A stretch of 64,000 nt of DNA from Candidatus Daviesbacteria bacterium (GCA_016176335.1 JACOXI010000003.1:113104-177103); one strand, 5' to 3'; counted from the stretch's first letter, positions 8,217 to 17,963 are shown. Notes: generated by a model not told the origin, from the sequence alone. Program-made: numbers and translations.

Positions 8217-9529
8217 ATGAGGGAACACTGGCAACCAACCATAGAAGCTAATCGGCCACCAAACCAGCGTGATTTGCTCACACAACTACCCAGACCACTT
8301 CGAATAGTTTCTGCTGCTTTATCAGCAGCCATCAGTTTAGCACTGGCTGCCTGTGGGCCTACCCCTGCGCCTACCCCTAAACCTAGTCCTGAACAACCAG
8401 GATCATCGCCTGCTGTGGCAACTAAAGTTGAGACCCCCCCTCCGCAAGGATTCTGCCTTTGGATGGAGAGGTATATTTTACACAAGGAACTCATCCTTCA
8501 GACGGTTCTTCTACTGGTATCAAAAGTGGCATTGACTTGGCCCCCAAAAGAGTGGTCAATTGTGCCTTGGGAACTAAAGCTTTAGTAGAGGAGCAAGCCG
8601 CCCTCGCTACTGCCTCCGGCATACTCACAATTGTAGGAAACGAGAAAGATGCCAATGACCCAAATCACAGTATTGTGGAAATACAAGAGAGTGGCACTGG
8701 ATTACGGTTCGGGCTGATGCATTTGAGTCAATTACCCGACCATGTCCAAGTTGGCGGTAGGGTCTTAGCAGGAGCCCCTATTGGTAAATCTTCTTGTGAG
8801 GTCCCGAAAGGAGGCAAGACTACCGGAGTCCACCTACACCAGTATGTCAAAGATAAAACGGGTAAATATCTTCCTATTAATGGATTCACTTTTTCCGGGT
8901 GGAGAGTTGCGGGAGACACTATGACTAAGGGGAATGAAAAAAGAGTGGCAGATCAAAGACGCTGCGCCACTGATCAAGCCTGTGGCGGAATCAGGAATGA
9001 TTTAGGAACATTTTGGAGGAGTTCAAAGAGTGGTCTAGTAGACTCTGTGAAAGTCGATCCCCTACCCACAGTTACTCCTACAAGAATAGTCCCAAAATCG
9101 CCACCTCGGCAGGCAGAGTCTATCCCTACCACCCCATCCGCAGCAGCTAGGTTATTCATCCAAGCACTCGTTTCTGGGGACAGCAACAAAGCCCTGCAAT
9201 TGATGCCAGTTCCTGGTCAGGCTACATACAAAGCGGTTATGCTTGGCATTTCAGATGCACTTCGTGCATGTTCAGGGAGCGTCACTGAAGCGTCACACGG
9301 TCTTCGAAGTTACTATAATATTAGTTTTACTCCTTCATGTGGAACATTTGGCAGTTATTACGACGCGCTGCCGTCACATGATGTTGGTAATGTTAAGGCG
9401 GCATTCGCGTTGCTTGGACAAATCGACCCCTTGCGTAATCGACGTTTGGTTGGATGTACGGTAACAGTCATGTCAGTCAATGACCAATGGAGGATTATGT
9501 ACTTACCTACATGCCTACCGTCTCAATAA
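8217..9529 (+). pseudogene. Lipoprotein M23-family (LytM-like) peptidase, split by a +1/-1 frameshift at a C7 homopolymer (8434-8440)
   Basis: Frame 0 encodes a lipobox signal (ISLALAACG) and a Pro/Thr linker. Frame 2 opens at 8432 and encodes M23 motifs (GIDLA...GTKALV; GVHLHQY). The two frames meet exactly at a cccccccc tract. The segment looks GC-richer than its neighbours. Confidence 0.55.
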
Positions 9530-9601
9530 GAGTTAAAAGTCGTGTTACTTAAAGAACTTTAAAACTTGCAAAAATAGATCGGTTTGTTTTACTGTTAGAG
9601 T

Positions 9602-11395
9602 ATGATACTTAGAATCAAGCGATTAGAATTAAGCAAAGCTTTCCTTTCGCATTTGCAAAACGTAAGAATTAAGCTTTTTGTATTCTTTATGCTTACTGCT
9701 TTATTCTTTTTGCTTATTCCTACTGCTTTTGCCCAAACCTCTACCCCCAGTGCAGTGCAGTCTACTGTCTACAGTCTACCGTCTACTGTCCAGCCCACCT
9801 CCCCTCTTTATACCGACCTTTTGGTAAATAATATGTTTCATACTTTTTCCTGTCTGGCTGTGGGGTCTTCTGTCATTGGCCAGCCATGTTTAACTTACCA
9901 GATGACCCAAAATGCCCAGGGTATGCTGCAAGGAGTACCTGTTTTATCCCAAACTAACCTGTCAGGAGGGGCTTTGGGGGCCACCACCTCTTTAATTGGC
10001 ATGTTGTATCTTAATCCGCCGGTTCGAACAGCTGATTATCTGGCATCTTTGGGAGAGCAGTTTGGAGTGGTAAAAGAAGCCCGGGCACAAGTTGGGGGAT
10101 CAGGAGCCCAGGTTTTAAGTCCAATTTTAAACCTTTGGCAGGTATCAAGAAATATATCTTATGTGATTATGATCATTATTTTTGTGATTATTGGGCTGAT
10201 GGTGATGTTTAGACAAAGAATCAATCCCCAAACAGTCATTACTGCCCAGGCAGCCCTTCCTGGATTGGTAATCGGCTTAATCTTAATTACTTTTAGCTAT
10301 TTTTTGGCAGGACTGATATCAGATACGGCATTTGTGGGAACCAATGTTGTGGGATATTATTTCTCTGCAGCACAGGGTATCCCTCCACAAAATTTGGTTG
10401 AAAATATGAAAGATAAGAATGTTTTGAGTATTTTCAGCCCGCTGACGGGAATTATTGACAAAGATAATGCCGCTAGTGCGCTGAGTTCTATATGGAACGG
10501 CTTAAGCGACGGAGCACAGCGCTTATTAACACTGTTGGCTATGTTTGTAACCGCCCAAACAATTTTGCAAGGCACAGAGTTTCTAAAGCTGATCAAAACC
10601 TTCGGAGAGCCCATTCAAGCGGCACTTACCACTATAGCAGTAGGCGCTACTTTGGCTAATCCTACAGCTCTTATAGGGCTTGCCTTAGCCTTTATAGCAA
10701 CTGCTGTATTGCTTTATTCCATGTTCAAATTATTGTTACGCTTAATCAATAATTATATAACCATCATATTTTTGACAATTACTGCTCCTTTCCAATTCCT
10801 GGCTGCATCGTTGCCTGGAAGACAAAGCATAGCCACAGGTTGGATCTTAAATATGCTTTGCAATGTTTTGGCATTCCCGGCGGTTTTTGCCGCTCTTTAT
10901 TTCGTGGCTTTTATTTTGGGACCAAATGTTGATGCTGTGAAAAAGCTACCTTTTCAAACCACTACCACTTCAATAACCGGAACTTCCACATTTCCTCTTT
11001 TTGGAGGTTTGGATCTTAACTTTATTAATATTCTTCTGGCATTTGGAGTTTTAGTGGCACTACCCAGTATCCCGGATATAATTTGCCGGACAATCGGCAG
11101 GGTGGGGGTAGCAGGACAGCTGATTGGCCAGGAAATTGGGGGCGGCATTGGCCAAGGCAGACAATATGCCGGTCAATTCCAGCAGGGCGTAGGAGCTGCC
11201 AGCGGTCAATTAGCCAGAGCCAGAGGCTTGTTTAATACTCCTGGGTATAAAATGGAGTTGATTCCCGGCACTATTGATCAATATAGGATTGTAGAAACAT
11301 ACGAGGCGGGAAGGGGTGCTACTTTTGGAGCTTTGACTAGACAAGGAATTCGCAAACCACCAAAATTAGAACCAGGCGTCAGGTCGGGAATATAA
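9602..11395 (+). CDS. VirB6/TrbL-like polytopic membrane protein of the type IV secretion-like system
   Basis: 597 aa. Signal peptide, periplasmic segment, then 6 or more TM helices. Gly/Gln-rich C-terminal tail. Its position after the pilin genes is typical for VirB6/TrbL. A possible later start is M at 9689. Confidence 0.55.
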   Translation: MILRIKRLELSKAFLSHLQNVRIKLFVFFMLTALFFLLIPTAFAQTSTPSAVQSTVYSLPSTVQPTSPLYTDLLVNNMFHTFSCLAVGSSVIGQPCLTYQMTQNAQGMLQGVPVLSQTNLSGGALGATTSLIGMLYLNPPVRTADYLASLGEQFGVVKEARAQVGGSGAQVLSPILNLWQVSRNISYVIMIIIFVIIGLMVMFRQRINPQTVITAQAALPGLVIGLILITFSYFLAGLISDTAFVGTNVVGYYFSAAQGIPPQNLVENMKDKNVLSIFSPLTGIIDKDNAASALSSIWNGLSDGAQRLLTLLAMFVTAQTILQGTEFLKLIKTFGEPIQAALTTIAVGATLANPTALIGLALAFIATAVLLYSMFKLLLRLINNYITIIFLTITAPFQFLAASLPGRQSIATGWILNMLCNVLAFPAVFAALYFVAFILGPNVDAVKKLPFQTTTTSITGTSTFPLFGGLDLNFINILLAFGVLVALPSIPDIICRTIGRVGVAGQLIGQEIGGGIGQGRQYAGQFQQGVGAASGQLARARGLFNTPGYKMELIPGTIDQYRIVETYEAGRGATFGALTRQGIRKPPKLEPGVRSGI

Positions 11396-11420
11396 GGAGA
11401 TAATAATCAACTTCGGTTTA

Positions 11421-14400
11421 TTAAAGAGCCATCTTATCAAATAACCACCCAGCCCAATCTCGACCATCAAACTTTTTGACCCATTTACCATCTTCAGATA
11501 CAAAATAGTAATACGGCTGCCTAAGTAATTTGTAGATTTCTGCCTCACCTTTATATGCCTGCACTCCACCTCCGGGCCCTTTATCCAGCAGCCAGTCTAC
11601 ATAAGCATTCCAAAACATTCTGGCAATATGCCTGGAACTCCCGGTATTCCTCTCCTTTTCTAGGGCTATAGCCGGATTAAACCTGCCATCCGGTAAAAAG
11701 ACATCTGTTTTCCTCAAATCCAATGCTCCGCCGGCATTTCTACTATCCGAGTACATTGTTCTAATAGTTTTTAATGTGTCCCAAACTCTGCCAAAAGAGT
11801 CCAATAGTATATGAAACACTTCTGTTTCTCCTTCAGGCTTCTGCAAAGCATCAGTTAATTTCTGCCTTATCTCTAACACTTTTTCAGCATTATTGGTTGG
11901 TTTCATAAATAACCCTTCATGATGAAGCCCTGTTTTAGGATCAATCCCACCAATCAAAGCAAACCACAAGGAGGTACCGCTATCCATCAGGTTAATAAAT
12001 TTAGTAATAGCAAACTGGCTGGCTATTCTTTGGCCTGTTAGTTCGTGAATTTTATCATCCATCATTGAAACAGCTCCTATTACTCCTTTGCGTCCTAAAT
12101 TACCAGCCATGGTGTCTGCATGTATAGGAGCCGCAGAGAGTGCTGCGGTAAATCTTCTGGCCCATCTTTTAGGCATTTTGGCAACTAAGGCTTCGATTTG
12201 CAAAGCAAACCTGAACTCCCCTCCTTGATCCTCTGTATAGTACCCAGTACCCATATATTCCGCATTACCATCCTTAGGTAAAAATCGTTCCTTGAAAGCA
12301 TCTCTGACATTGACCCAACCCAAAAGTGACTCTTCAACTGCAGCATCAAAAACAATCCCCTCTAAAGTCATCTGTTCTCCGGGAAACGCTTTGACCCTGC
12401 ATAAAGTCGGGTCCAAAGTCAAAAGTAACCCTGCGAGAATATCTGCATCTTCTGGCCGTATTAGTCCATCCCTGATTTGCCTGGCCTGGTCAAACACATA
12501 ATCAGGCAAAAGGGTATGGGTATTGTTGCTTTGATAAGCAAAATAGGTGTGGGCAGTATGTAAGGCTAAATAACTGTCTGCTGCAGTTGGGAAATCCAAA
12601 TCAACTTCTTCAGTAAAAACACCGACAACAACACCTTCCCCGTCATTACGTTCTGTTAACACATATTCACCTTTATAAATTTGGCTGTCCAGATTGACGC
12701 GCTGACGTTCCTTTCCTCCTGGTTTATCATAGACAATAGCTTTACCCAACTCATCAAAATCGCTCTCGCCTAAACCCACAGGTCTGCCATCTTGGCCAAA
12801 AACAATAATAGGTTGACCGTTTCGGGTGTAACCGAAAACATGCGGTCTTTTTAATTTTATTTGGCTAAGAGTAAGCGGTTGAGGTTCAACCTTCTCGGGC
12901 TTTAAATTACCGTCCTTATCGAAATAATCTAAGTAATCAGCTGCATAATCAGCATCAGAAAATTTTGCCGCAAAGCCTTTTTCACTAACCGCATCTAGAG
13001 CCCTTTCAAGCGCCTTCTGCACCATAGCTGACCTATATCTGGCTCTAAAGTTACCGTGCTTACCTTCGTCGTCTTTTTCATCCAGTCTTTTTTTAAAGTC
13101 CGGTTCATCCCAGATAGGCGAGTCGTCTCTGTATTTCATCCTAGTCCAATTCACCACAGCCATAACAGTCTTTTGAGCTAAATGAGCGGGTATTTGATCA
13201 ACAATTCTTTCCCTATCTTCCGGACTTAATCCGTTATATAAAGCTTGTTCCTCTGGGGAGAAAGTATCTCGTCTTTTACCCTTTGATATTCCATCCAAAA
13301 TCCACCCGATATGTTGATCCCTCGTAAATGTTGTTTTTCTTTTTTCAAGCGACCATTCGCTAATATCAGGATCTTCAGCTTTTTGATCCTTATGATTCTT
13401 TTGCCGGAACTTTAGGTACTCCCGGACGTATTTATTTCTCTCAATAAAGTAAACTGCTCCGCCTCTGATAGTTGTTTCATGAGTTACACCTTGCATCTGC
13501 ATAGCAACTTCAAAGCTGGCTTCTGAGATGGCATAAGCTTTCTCATATCGTTTCTTCTCTTTTTTTGTAATTCGTTTTAGACTCACCAATTTATCAATTA
13601 ACGTTTCCTTTCTTCCTAGAATTATTGTCCCTGTTCTAACTTCCTGCCTCAACGTATCCATCAAGACTTGAATCTTCCCTAATTTCACAGAATCCCGTAA
13701 TCTCTTAGGAAGACGGTCCGGATCTATACGTCTTTTACCAACATATTCCTGATAGTTGTTTCTATGAACATCACCGTTATCAAAACCTTCATACAAAGCC
13801 TTAAACGCCTCAGCAGATTGATGAATACCTATCCGCTCCTGATTAGTCCTGGTATGTAATTTTGCTTGCAAATAATATTTCCGATCTTCTTCCGTTAAAC
13901 TTTCCAAGTCATCATCATTTCTTTTAAGATGCTCATCGAGCTGCTCCAGGAATGTTGCTCTGTCTAAGCGTAATTTAGGATCAGAGTCAATCTCTGCATC
14001 ACGCCAGTCATAGTCTTTTAAGACAATACCTATTCCTCTTTCTTTCAATCTTTCATAAGTGATTCTTCTAATATACTCATGTACTTGAGTACTGTCTCCA
14101 AATTGTCCTCTTGAACCTTGGGCATTAAGAGCAAATTCTACCATTGCCAAATTATCCAGATTCCACGTATGAAATCCTACCCCTCCCTCTTCCCCTGAAC
14201 GGAGAGCTCTGGTCCATCTTTCCGGTCCTTCATGCATGGCCATGGCCATCGCACCCTGTTTAGCGCCTTCCTTGTTGTAATGCTCACTGTTATAAAAAGT
14301 GTGCCACAGGAAAGCCCTTCCTTCAAATTCCTGCCTCAACTCTTTCATAAAGCCAGCTGTCATCTTATCCGGCACATCATCCATACCTTCTTGCTCTAAT

Positions 14401-15671
14401 ACCAACTCATTTCCTCTTGCGCTCAACACTTTCTTGAAATTCAGCAAATTTTGCATTAACTCATTAGGATCATATCCCAGGGCACGATTTTTAAGCATTT
14501 GCAGAAAAGTTTCTTTTGCGATACGGAATTGGGCAGGAGTTTTAGCACTGATCGTGTAATAATCCGGATAACCGCCGTATGGTTCCCAATAAGTTTCTGT
14601 TCTCTCACCTTCCTCTTCTTCGCCCGGGATACGCCATTCGCCTTCCTTGTAAGGACCAGGGTTTTCACCATTAATTATTTTCCTAAGTTTTCCGCGCGTC
14701 CATACAATATATGCAGTTTCAATATCCAATAACCTGGGGTTAACCTGAGGATCTTTTGCTTTACCGAGCAGAGCATCCTCAAGGGCCTGTCGGGCTTCCG
14801 GCTCCCTTTGTGCCAATAAAGCCAAGGCCTGTTTTTTTGAATAGGTTTTATTCTTAAAACCCAAAAATATAGCGTTATAAACTTCATCAACTTCCTTGAA
14901 TAATCCTTTTCTATGAGCTTCCTTAAAATATATAAGTAAATCTTTTTCTACTTGTTCTCTTTCGGTAATTGGAAGACGCAGATTCAGATATTTGGCGGTT
15001 AAGGTTTCTAAATTCTCACCTCTTGTTTCAATCTCGGTGAAATCTTCAGGCCCGGGCCCGTCTGTCTTTTTTGCCAGTTCAACACCTCTAGCAATTCTCT
15101 CTGCATATGCCTCTTTTATTGCCTCAATGAGCGGCTTGTCAGGCTGCTTTGTGACTTGGTGCTCTTTCTCAAGATTTAAAGGATCTTGCAGGTATCTGTC
15201 TTTTTGCTCTCTCTCTACAAAAGCTTTTAACCCTCTAGACAATTCGTACAGCCTTGGACCATTTTCGGCATTCCATCTAACCTCATAAGACAGCTCCGTC
15301 TCCATATAGGTAATCTCCTCCACCAGCCATCTCCCTCTTTCCGGACTGACTTTCCATTCCGGTCCACTGGTTGGCTCTGGTAATACTGCAGTTTCAGCTC
15401 CTGCTATTTGTCTTATCCTGGCAACTTCTTTGCCTGTTGTTGGATCGGTAAAGACAGTAAAGCCGTCTCTTTCGCTCTTTAGATATTCTCCTGCTCTTTT
15501 AGGATCATAGTCCCTTGAAATATGCCAAGGTTTTTGAGGATTTTGCTCGCCGGAAGGTTGAACCGGAGGCTGGCTTTCAACGATTGCAAAACCTGTTTGA
15601 CCCTCGCCCCCCGGGGTTGCGCCTTCTGGTCCTAGTGTTCCTTCTGCCATATTTCTTTCTGGTTGTGCCAT
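11421..15671 (-). CDS. Very large (1416 aa) soluble protein of unknown function with acidic Pro/Glu-rich N-terminus; no recognisable catalytic motif
   Basis: Uninterrupted 4.25 kb ORF on the opposite strand to the flanking T4SS-like genes. No TM helices, P-loop, HExxH or methyltransferase motifs found by eye. Confidence 0.85.
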   Translation of the reverse strand: MAQPERNMAEGTLGPEGATPGGEGQTGFAIVESQPPVQPSGEQNPQKPWHISRDYDPKRAGEYLKSERDGFTVFTDPTTGKEVARIRQIAGAETAVLPEPTSGPEWKVSPERGRWLVEEITYMETELSYEVRWNAENGPRLYELSRGLKAFVEREQKDRYLQDPLNLEKEHQVTKQPDKPLIEAIKEAYAERIARGVELAKKTDGPGPEDFTEIETRGENLETLTAKYLNLRLPITEREQVEKDLLIYFKEAHRKGLFKEVDEVYNAIFLGFKNKTYSKKQALALLAQREPEARQALEDALLGKAKDPQVNPRLLDIETAYIVWTRGKLRKIINGENPGPYKEGEWRIPGEEEEGERTETYWEPYGGYPDYYTISAKTPAQFRIAKETFLQMLKNRALGYDPNELMQNLLNFKKVLSARGNELVLEQEGMDDVPDKMTAGFMKELRQEFEGRAFLWHTFYNSEHYNKEGAKQGAMAMAMHEGPERWTRALRSGEEGGVGFHTWNLDNLAMVEFALNAQGSRGQFGDSTQVHEYIRRITYERLKERGIGIVLKDYDWRDAEIDSDPKLRLDRATFLEQLDEHLKRNDDDLESLTEEDRKYYLQAKLHTRTNQERIGIHQSAEAFKALYEGFDNGDVHRNNYQEYVGKRRIDPDRLPKRLRDSVKLGKIQVLMDTLRQEVRTGTIILGRKETLIDKLVSLKRITKKEKKRYEKAYAISEASFEVAMQMQGVTHETTIRGGAVYFIERNKYVREYLKFRQKNHKDQKAEDPDISEWSLEKRKTTFTRDQHIGWILDGISKGKRRDTFSPEEQALYNGLSPEDRERIVDQIPAHLAQKTVMAVVNWTRMKYRDDSPIWDEPDFKKRLDEKDDEGKHGNFRARYRSAMVQKALERALDAVSEKGFAAKFSDADYAADYLDYFDKDGNLKPEKVEPQPLTLSQIKLKRPHVFGYTRNGQPIIVFGQDGRPVGLGESDFDELGKAIVYDKPGGKERQRVNLDSQIYKGEYVLTERNDGEGVVVGVFTEEVDLDFPTAADSYLALHTAHTYFAYQSNNTHTLLPDYVFDQARQIRDGLIRPEDADILAGLLLTLDPTLCRVKAFPGEQMTLEGIVFDAAVEESLLGWVNVRDAFKERFLPKDGNAEYMGTGYYTEDQGGEFRFALQIEALVAKMPKRWARRFTAALSAAPIHADTMAGNLGRKGVIGAVSMMDDKIHELTGQRIASQFAITKFINLMDSGTSLWFALIGGIDPKTGLHHEGLFMKPTNNAEKVLEIRQKLTDALQKPEGETEVFHILLDSFGRVWDTLKTIRTMYSDSRNAGGALDLRKTDVFLPDGRFNPAIALEKERNTGSSRHIARMFWNAYVDWLLDKGPGGGVQAYKGEAEIYKLLRQPYYYFVSEDGKWVKKFDGRDWAGWLFDKMAL

Positions 15672-15699
15672 GGTTTTGTATAGAAAAGTTTTCCAAAAC

Positions 15700-15790
15700 C
15701 TATGGACTGATTCCCTTCGACTTCGTCCTTCGATTTCACTCAGGACTTCGCTCAGGGTTATAATCAGTGTAGAGCTTCGGTCAACTAACT
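15700..15790. repeat. R2 GC-rich motif cluster (AGTCGAAGG / CCTGAGCG direct repeats) in the 5' leader of the 1416-aa gene
   Basis: Minus-sense reads CCCTGAGCGAAGTCCTGAGTGAAATCGAAGGACGAAGTCGAAGGG. The same motifs are found at 17975-18060 and 43600-43712, always just upstream of a gene and in the same relative orientation. Confidence 0.55.
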
Positions 15791-15884
15791 GTCAATCCTT
15801 CGACACTATGCTTCGGACTGATCTCCTTTCTAGATTGTTTATCGTAACGCCTTGCGGCTCTTCGTATATCGAATATCGCGGATT

Positions 15885-15930
15885 GCCGATAAACGATAAC
15901 CGATTAACGATAAACCATTAACCAATTACC
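15885..15930. repeat. R3 module CGATAAACGATAACCGATTAACGATAAACC (degenerate tandem 8-9-bp units) in upstream region of 1416-aa gene
   Basis: 29 of 31 nt identical to a segment inside tsaD (40402-40432). Related CGTATATCG / GTTTATCGT motifs flank the gene at 46768-47130. Confidence 0.55.
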
Positions 15931-16004
15931 TGCTTGATTTAATTCTGATTAAATCCTGATGATTTTGAGGCTAAATAATAGGCCTTCTACCTGCATATAT
16001 CTAT

Positions 16005-16283
16005 CTACTTTTCTTCTTGGTATAACTGGTCGTGAGTTCCCAATAAGACAAAGTAAACAACAACAACTTCTCCTTCACTCTTCTCTGCATAAATTGCCCG
16101 CCAATTTGCAGTTATATCAATGCTTCGCAGTCCTTGGTATGGTTCTTTTAACAGGTGGTTATCTAATTCAAAGTCATTAGGGTTTCTGGAGAAAATCAAA
16201 ACTTTTTCCTTGAAGCTCTTGCGAACTCTCACATCTGCTTTTTTCAGAGTGCGTAAAAAGATAGGGGAATATCTGATGATCAT
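16005..16283 (-). CDS. yafQ: YafQ/RelE-family type II toxin (ribosome-dependent mRNA interferase)
   Basis: 92 aa. HLLKEPYQGLRSIDITANWRAIY...LLGTHDQLY parallels E. coli YafQ (HPLQGSWKGYRDAHVEPDWILIY...RTGTHAALF). Overlaps the upstream dinJ by 4 nt. Confidence 0.75.
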   Translation of the reverse strand: MIIRYSPIFLRTLKKADVRVRKSFKEKVLIFSRNPNDFELDNHLLKEPYQGLRSIDITANWRAIYAEKSEGEVVVVYFVLLGTHDQLYQEEK

Positions 16284-16564
16284 ATTCCCTGTTTTTCAAG
16301 CCAAGCAACCGCTTCCTCTCCGGTTTTAAATGCCGGGGATGTTCTGCCTGCCTTCCAATCTTTCTCTGCTTGGCGGATAGCGTTTTTTAAGTACTCGCTC
16401 GGTTCTTCATCTCTGGCGCTAAACTCCACAGACTTTGTCCTAATAAACTGTTTTAAGAATGCCTTAATGACAACAGATAAAGGCATGCCAAGCGCTTCAG
16501 CTGTGGCTTGGGCTTCTTTTTTAGTTTTGGGGTCAACTTTGGCAACAACTACTGCATAACTCAT
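16280..16564 (-). CDS. dinJ: DinJ/RelB-family antitoxin
   Basis: 94 aa. N-terminal ribbon-helix-helix region (MSYAVVVAKVDPKTKKEAQATAEALGMPLSVVIKAFLKQF) typical of DinJ. Forms an operon with the toxin. Confidence 0.75.
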   Translation of the reverse strand: MSYAVVVAKVDPKTKKEAQATAEALGMPLSVVIKAFLKQFIRTKSVEFSARDEEPSEYLKNAIRQAEKDWKAGRTSPAFKTGEEAVAWLEKQGI

Positions 16565-16607
16565 GGTATACTAAAGTATATACATTGGTACACCCATTTG
16601 TCAACAG

Positions 16608-17963
16608 CTAAATTAACGTCCCATTGCATACATAACACTTTTCAGTGCAGTAATTTACCTCTCCACAACTGATACAGCTTTTACCTTTCTTGCCTGCTTC
16701 TCCTCCAAAAACACTGCTTATGCTTCTAACTATTCCTGAAATCAAATTGCCGATCTTACTGGCAATACCTCCAACTGAAAATCCTGCTGATAATCCGCAT
16801 CCTCCTGCAACTACCCTGACTGCCTGATAACCCAGCCAGTTAACCTTCTCTTCCAAAGTCTTAAAAATAGGCATGATTTTATTTACAATTTTAGATGTCA
16901 TGCTTACCACTTTATCTTTTATACCAACTAAACCCTCCCAAATATAATCTGCTCCATTCAAAACAGCATTTAGGGCAACTTTTACCTGCTCGGGTGCAAA
17001 AACTGATCCACATATTCTATCTACCAAACAATGTATAAGGTCTGAACTCCCCTGGGCAATTTTTTGAAAACCCTCTTCTTTTAAAGCATTTTTCCTTTGT
17101 ATTAAGATCTCACCGCTACTTTCAAAAATAGGATTAGCCAGCAACCACTGATCTTTTGACCCTACCCTTCCATTAAAATAATCCGGTCTTGAAGCGGTTA
17201 TCATCTCTTCTGCCTGCTCATAACTTAAGTCTGAGGCAAAACGAGTCATTTGAACTATTCTTCTTCGAGTAAATGGGTCTTCTAAAAGCTCGTAACGATC
17301 CAAGAAATTATCAGTGAATATAGTACCTTCTACTAAACCAGGCCCTGAGATAACTTCAACTTTTAAATCTACTGGGGCGTTTGGATCTGCAAAAGCTTTC
17401 TGTATTTTTACAATACCAACCTTCTCTTGTTCTATTCTTGGAACATCATGTGATCCCATTTGCCTGTAATATTCAATGCCAACTGTTAAAACGTCTTCAA
17501 AAGCTTGATTGGGTAAATCCCTACTTCTTAACTTGCCATCATCATCAATATCATAAATAACAATACTGGTGGCTACATGGTAGCGTTCTCTTAGAGCAGT
17601 TTCTATCTGCTTTATTTCATGAAGTTTAAACTGTTTTCTTTCTTCTTCGGTTTGCAGAGTCTCAAACATTGCTCTTTCTAAAACAGGATTATAATTTCTA
17701 ACAGGCCCTCTTGCTTTTGTTTCTAAACTTCCATCAAATTGATTTTGTAATCTTGCTACTCTTGCTAAATATTCTTCAGTATCGAGTTTTTGTGTGTTAG
17801 AAACCCCTGTAGGGGGTAAGATTCGCTCGATTGGTCGCGCAATAACTATTGTATTATTAAAAGGGGAAACCTGTTCTCGTCTACCTCCTACATCCGGTTG
17901 AATTAAAATATCTAACTGCTTAAGATTTGGGGGTGTTAAATGTTGAAGTGTCTCTACTGACAT
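16608..17963 (-). CDS. Hypothetical 451-aa protein with Gly-rich segment and C-terminal Cys4 zinc-ribbon-like tail (CISCGEVNYCTEKCYVCNG)
   Basis: Long ORF. SD-like AGGAG lies 4 nt upstream of the ATG. No recognisable enzymatic motif. Confidence 0.7.
   Translation of the reverse strand: MSVETLQHLTPPNLKQLDILIQPDVGGRREQVSPFNNTIVIARPIERILPPTGVSNTQKLDTEEYLARVARLQNQFDGSLETKARGPVRNYNPVLERAMFETLQTEEERKQFKLHEIKQIETALRERYHVATSIVIYDIDDDGKLRSRDLPNQAFEDVLTVGIEYYRQMGSHDVPRIEQEKVGIVKIQKAFADPNAPVDLKVEVISGPGLVEGTIFTDNFLDRYELLEDPFTRRRIVQMTRFASDLSYEQAEEMITASRPDYFNGRVGSKDQWLLANPIFESSGEILIQRKNALKEEGFQKIAQGSSDLIHCLVDRICGSVFAPEQVKVALNAVLNGADYIWEGLVGIKDKVVSMTSKIVNKIMPIFKTLEEKVNWLGYQAVRVVAGGCGLSAGFSVGGIASKIGNLISGIVRSISSVFGGEAGKKGKSCISCGEVNYCTEKCYVCNGTLI

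Noticed and set aside
8217-8585. Treating 8217-8585 and 8459-9529 as two independent overlapping genes
   Set aside because: After the C7 tract the frame-0 translation turns into non-protein-like sequence (FCLWMERYILHKELILQ). The frame-2 ORF opens exactly at the tract, so a single frameshifted lipoprotein peptidase is the more economical reading.
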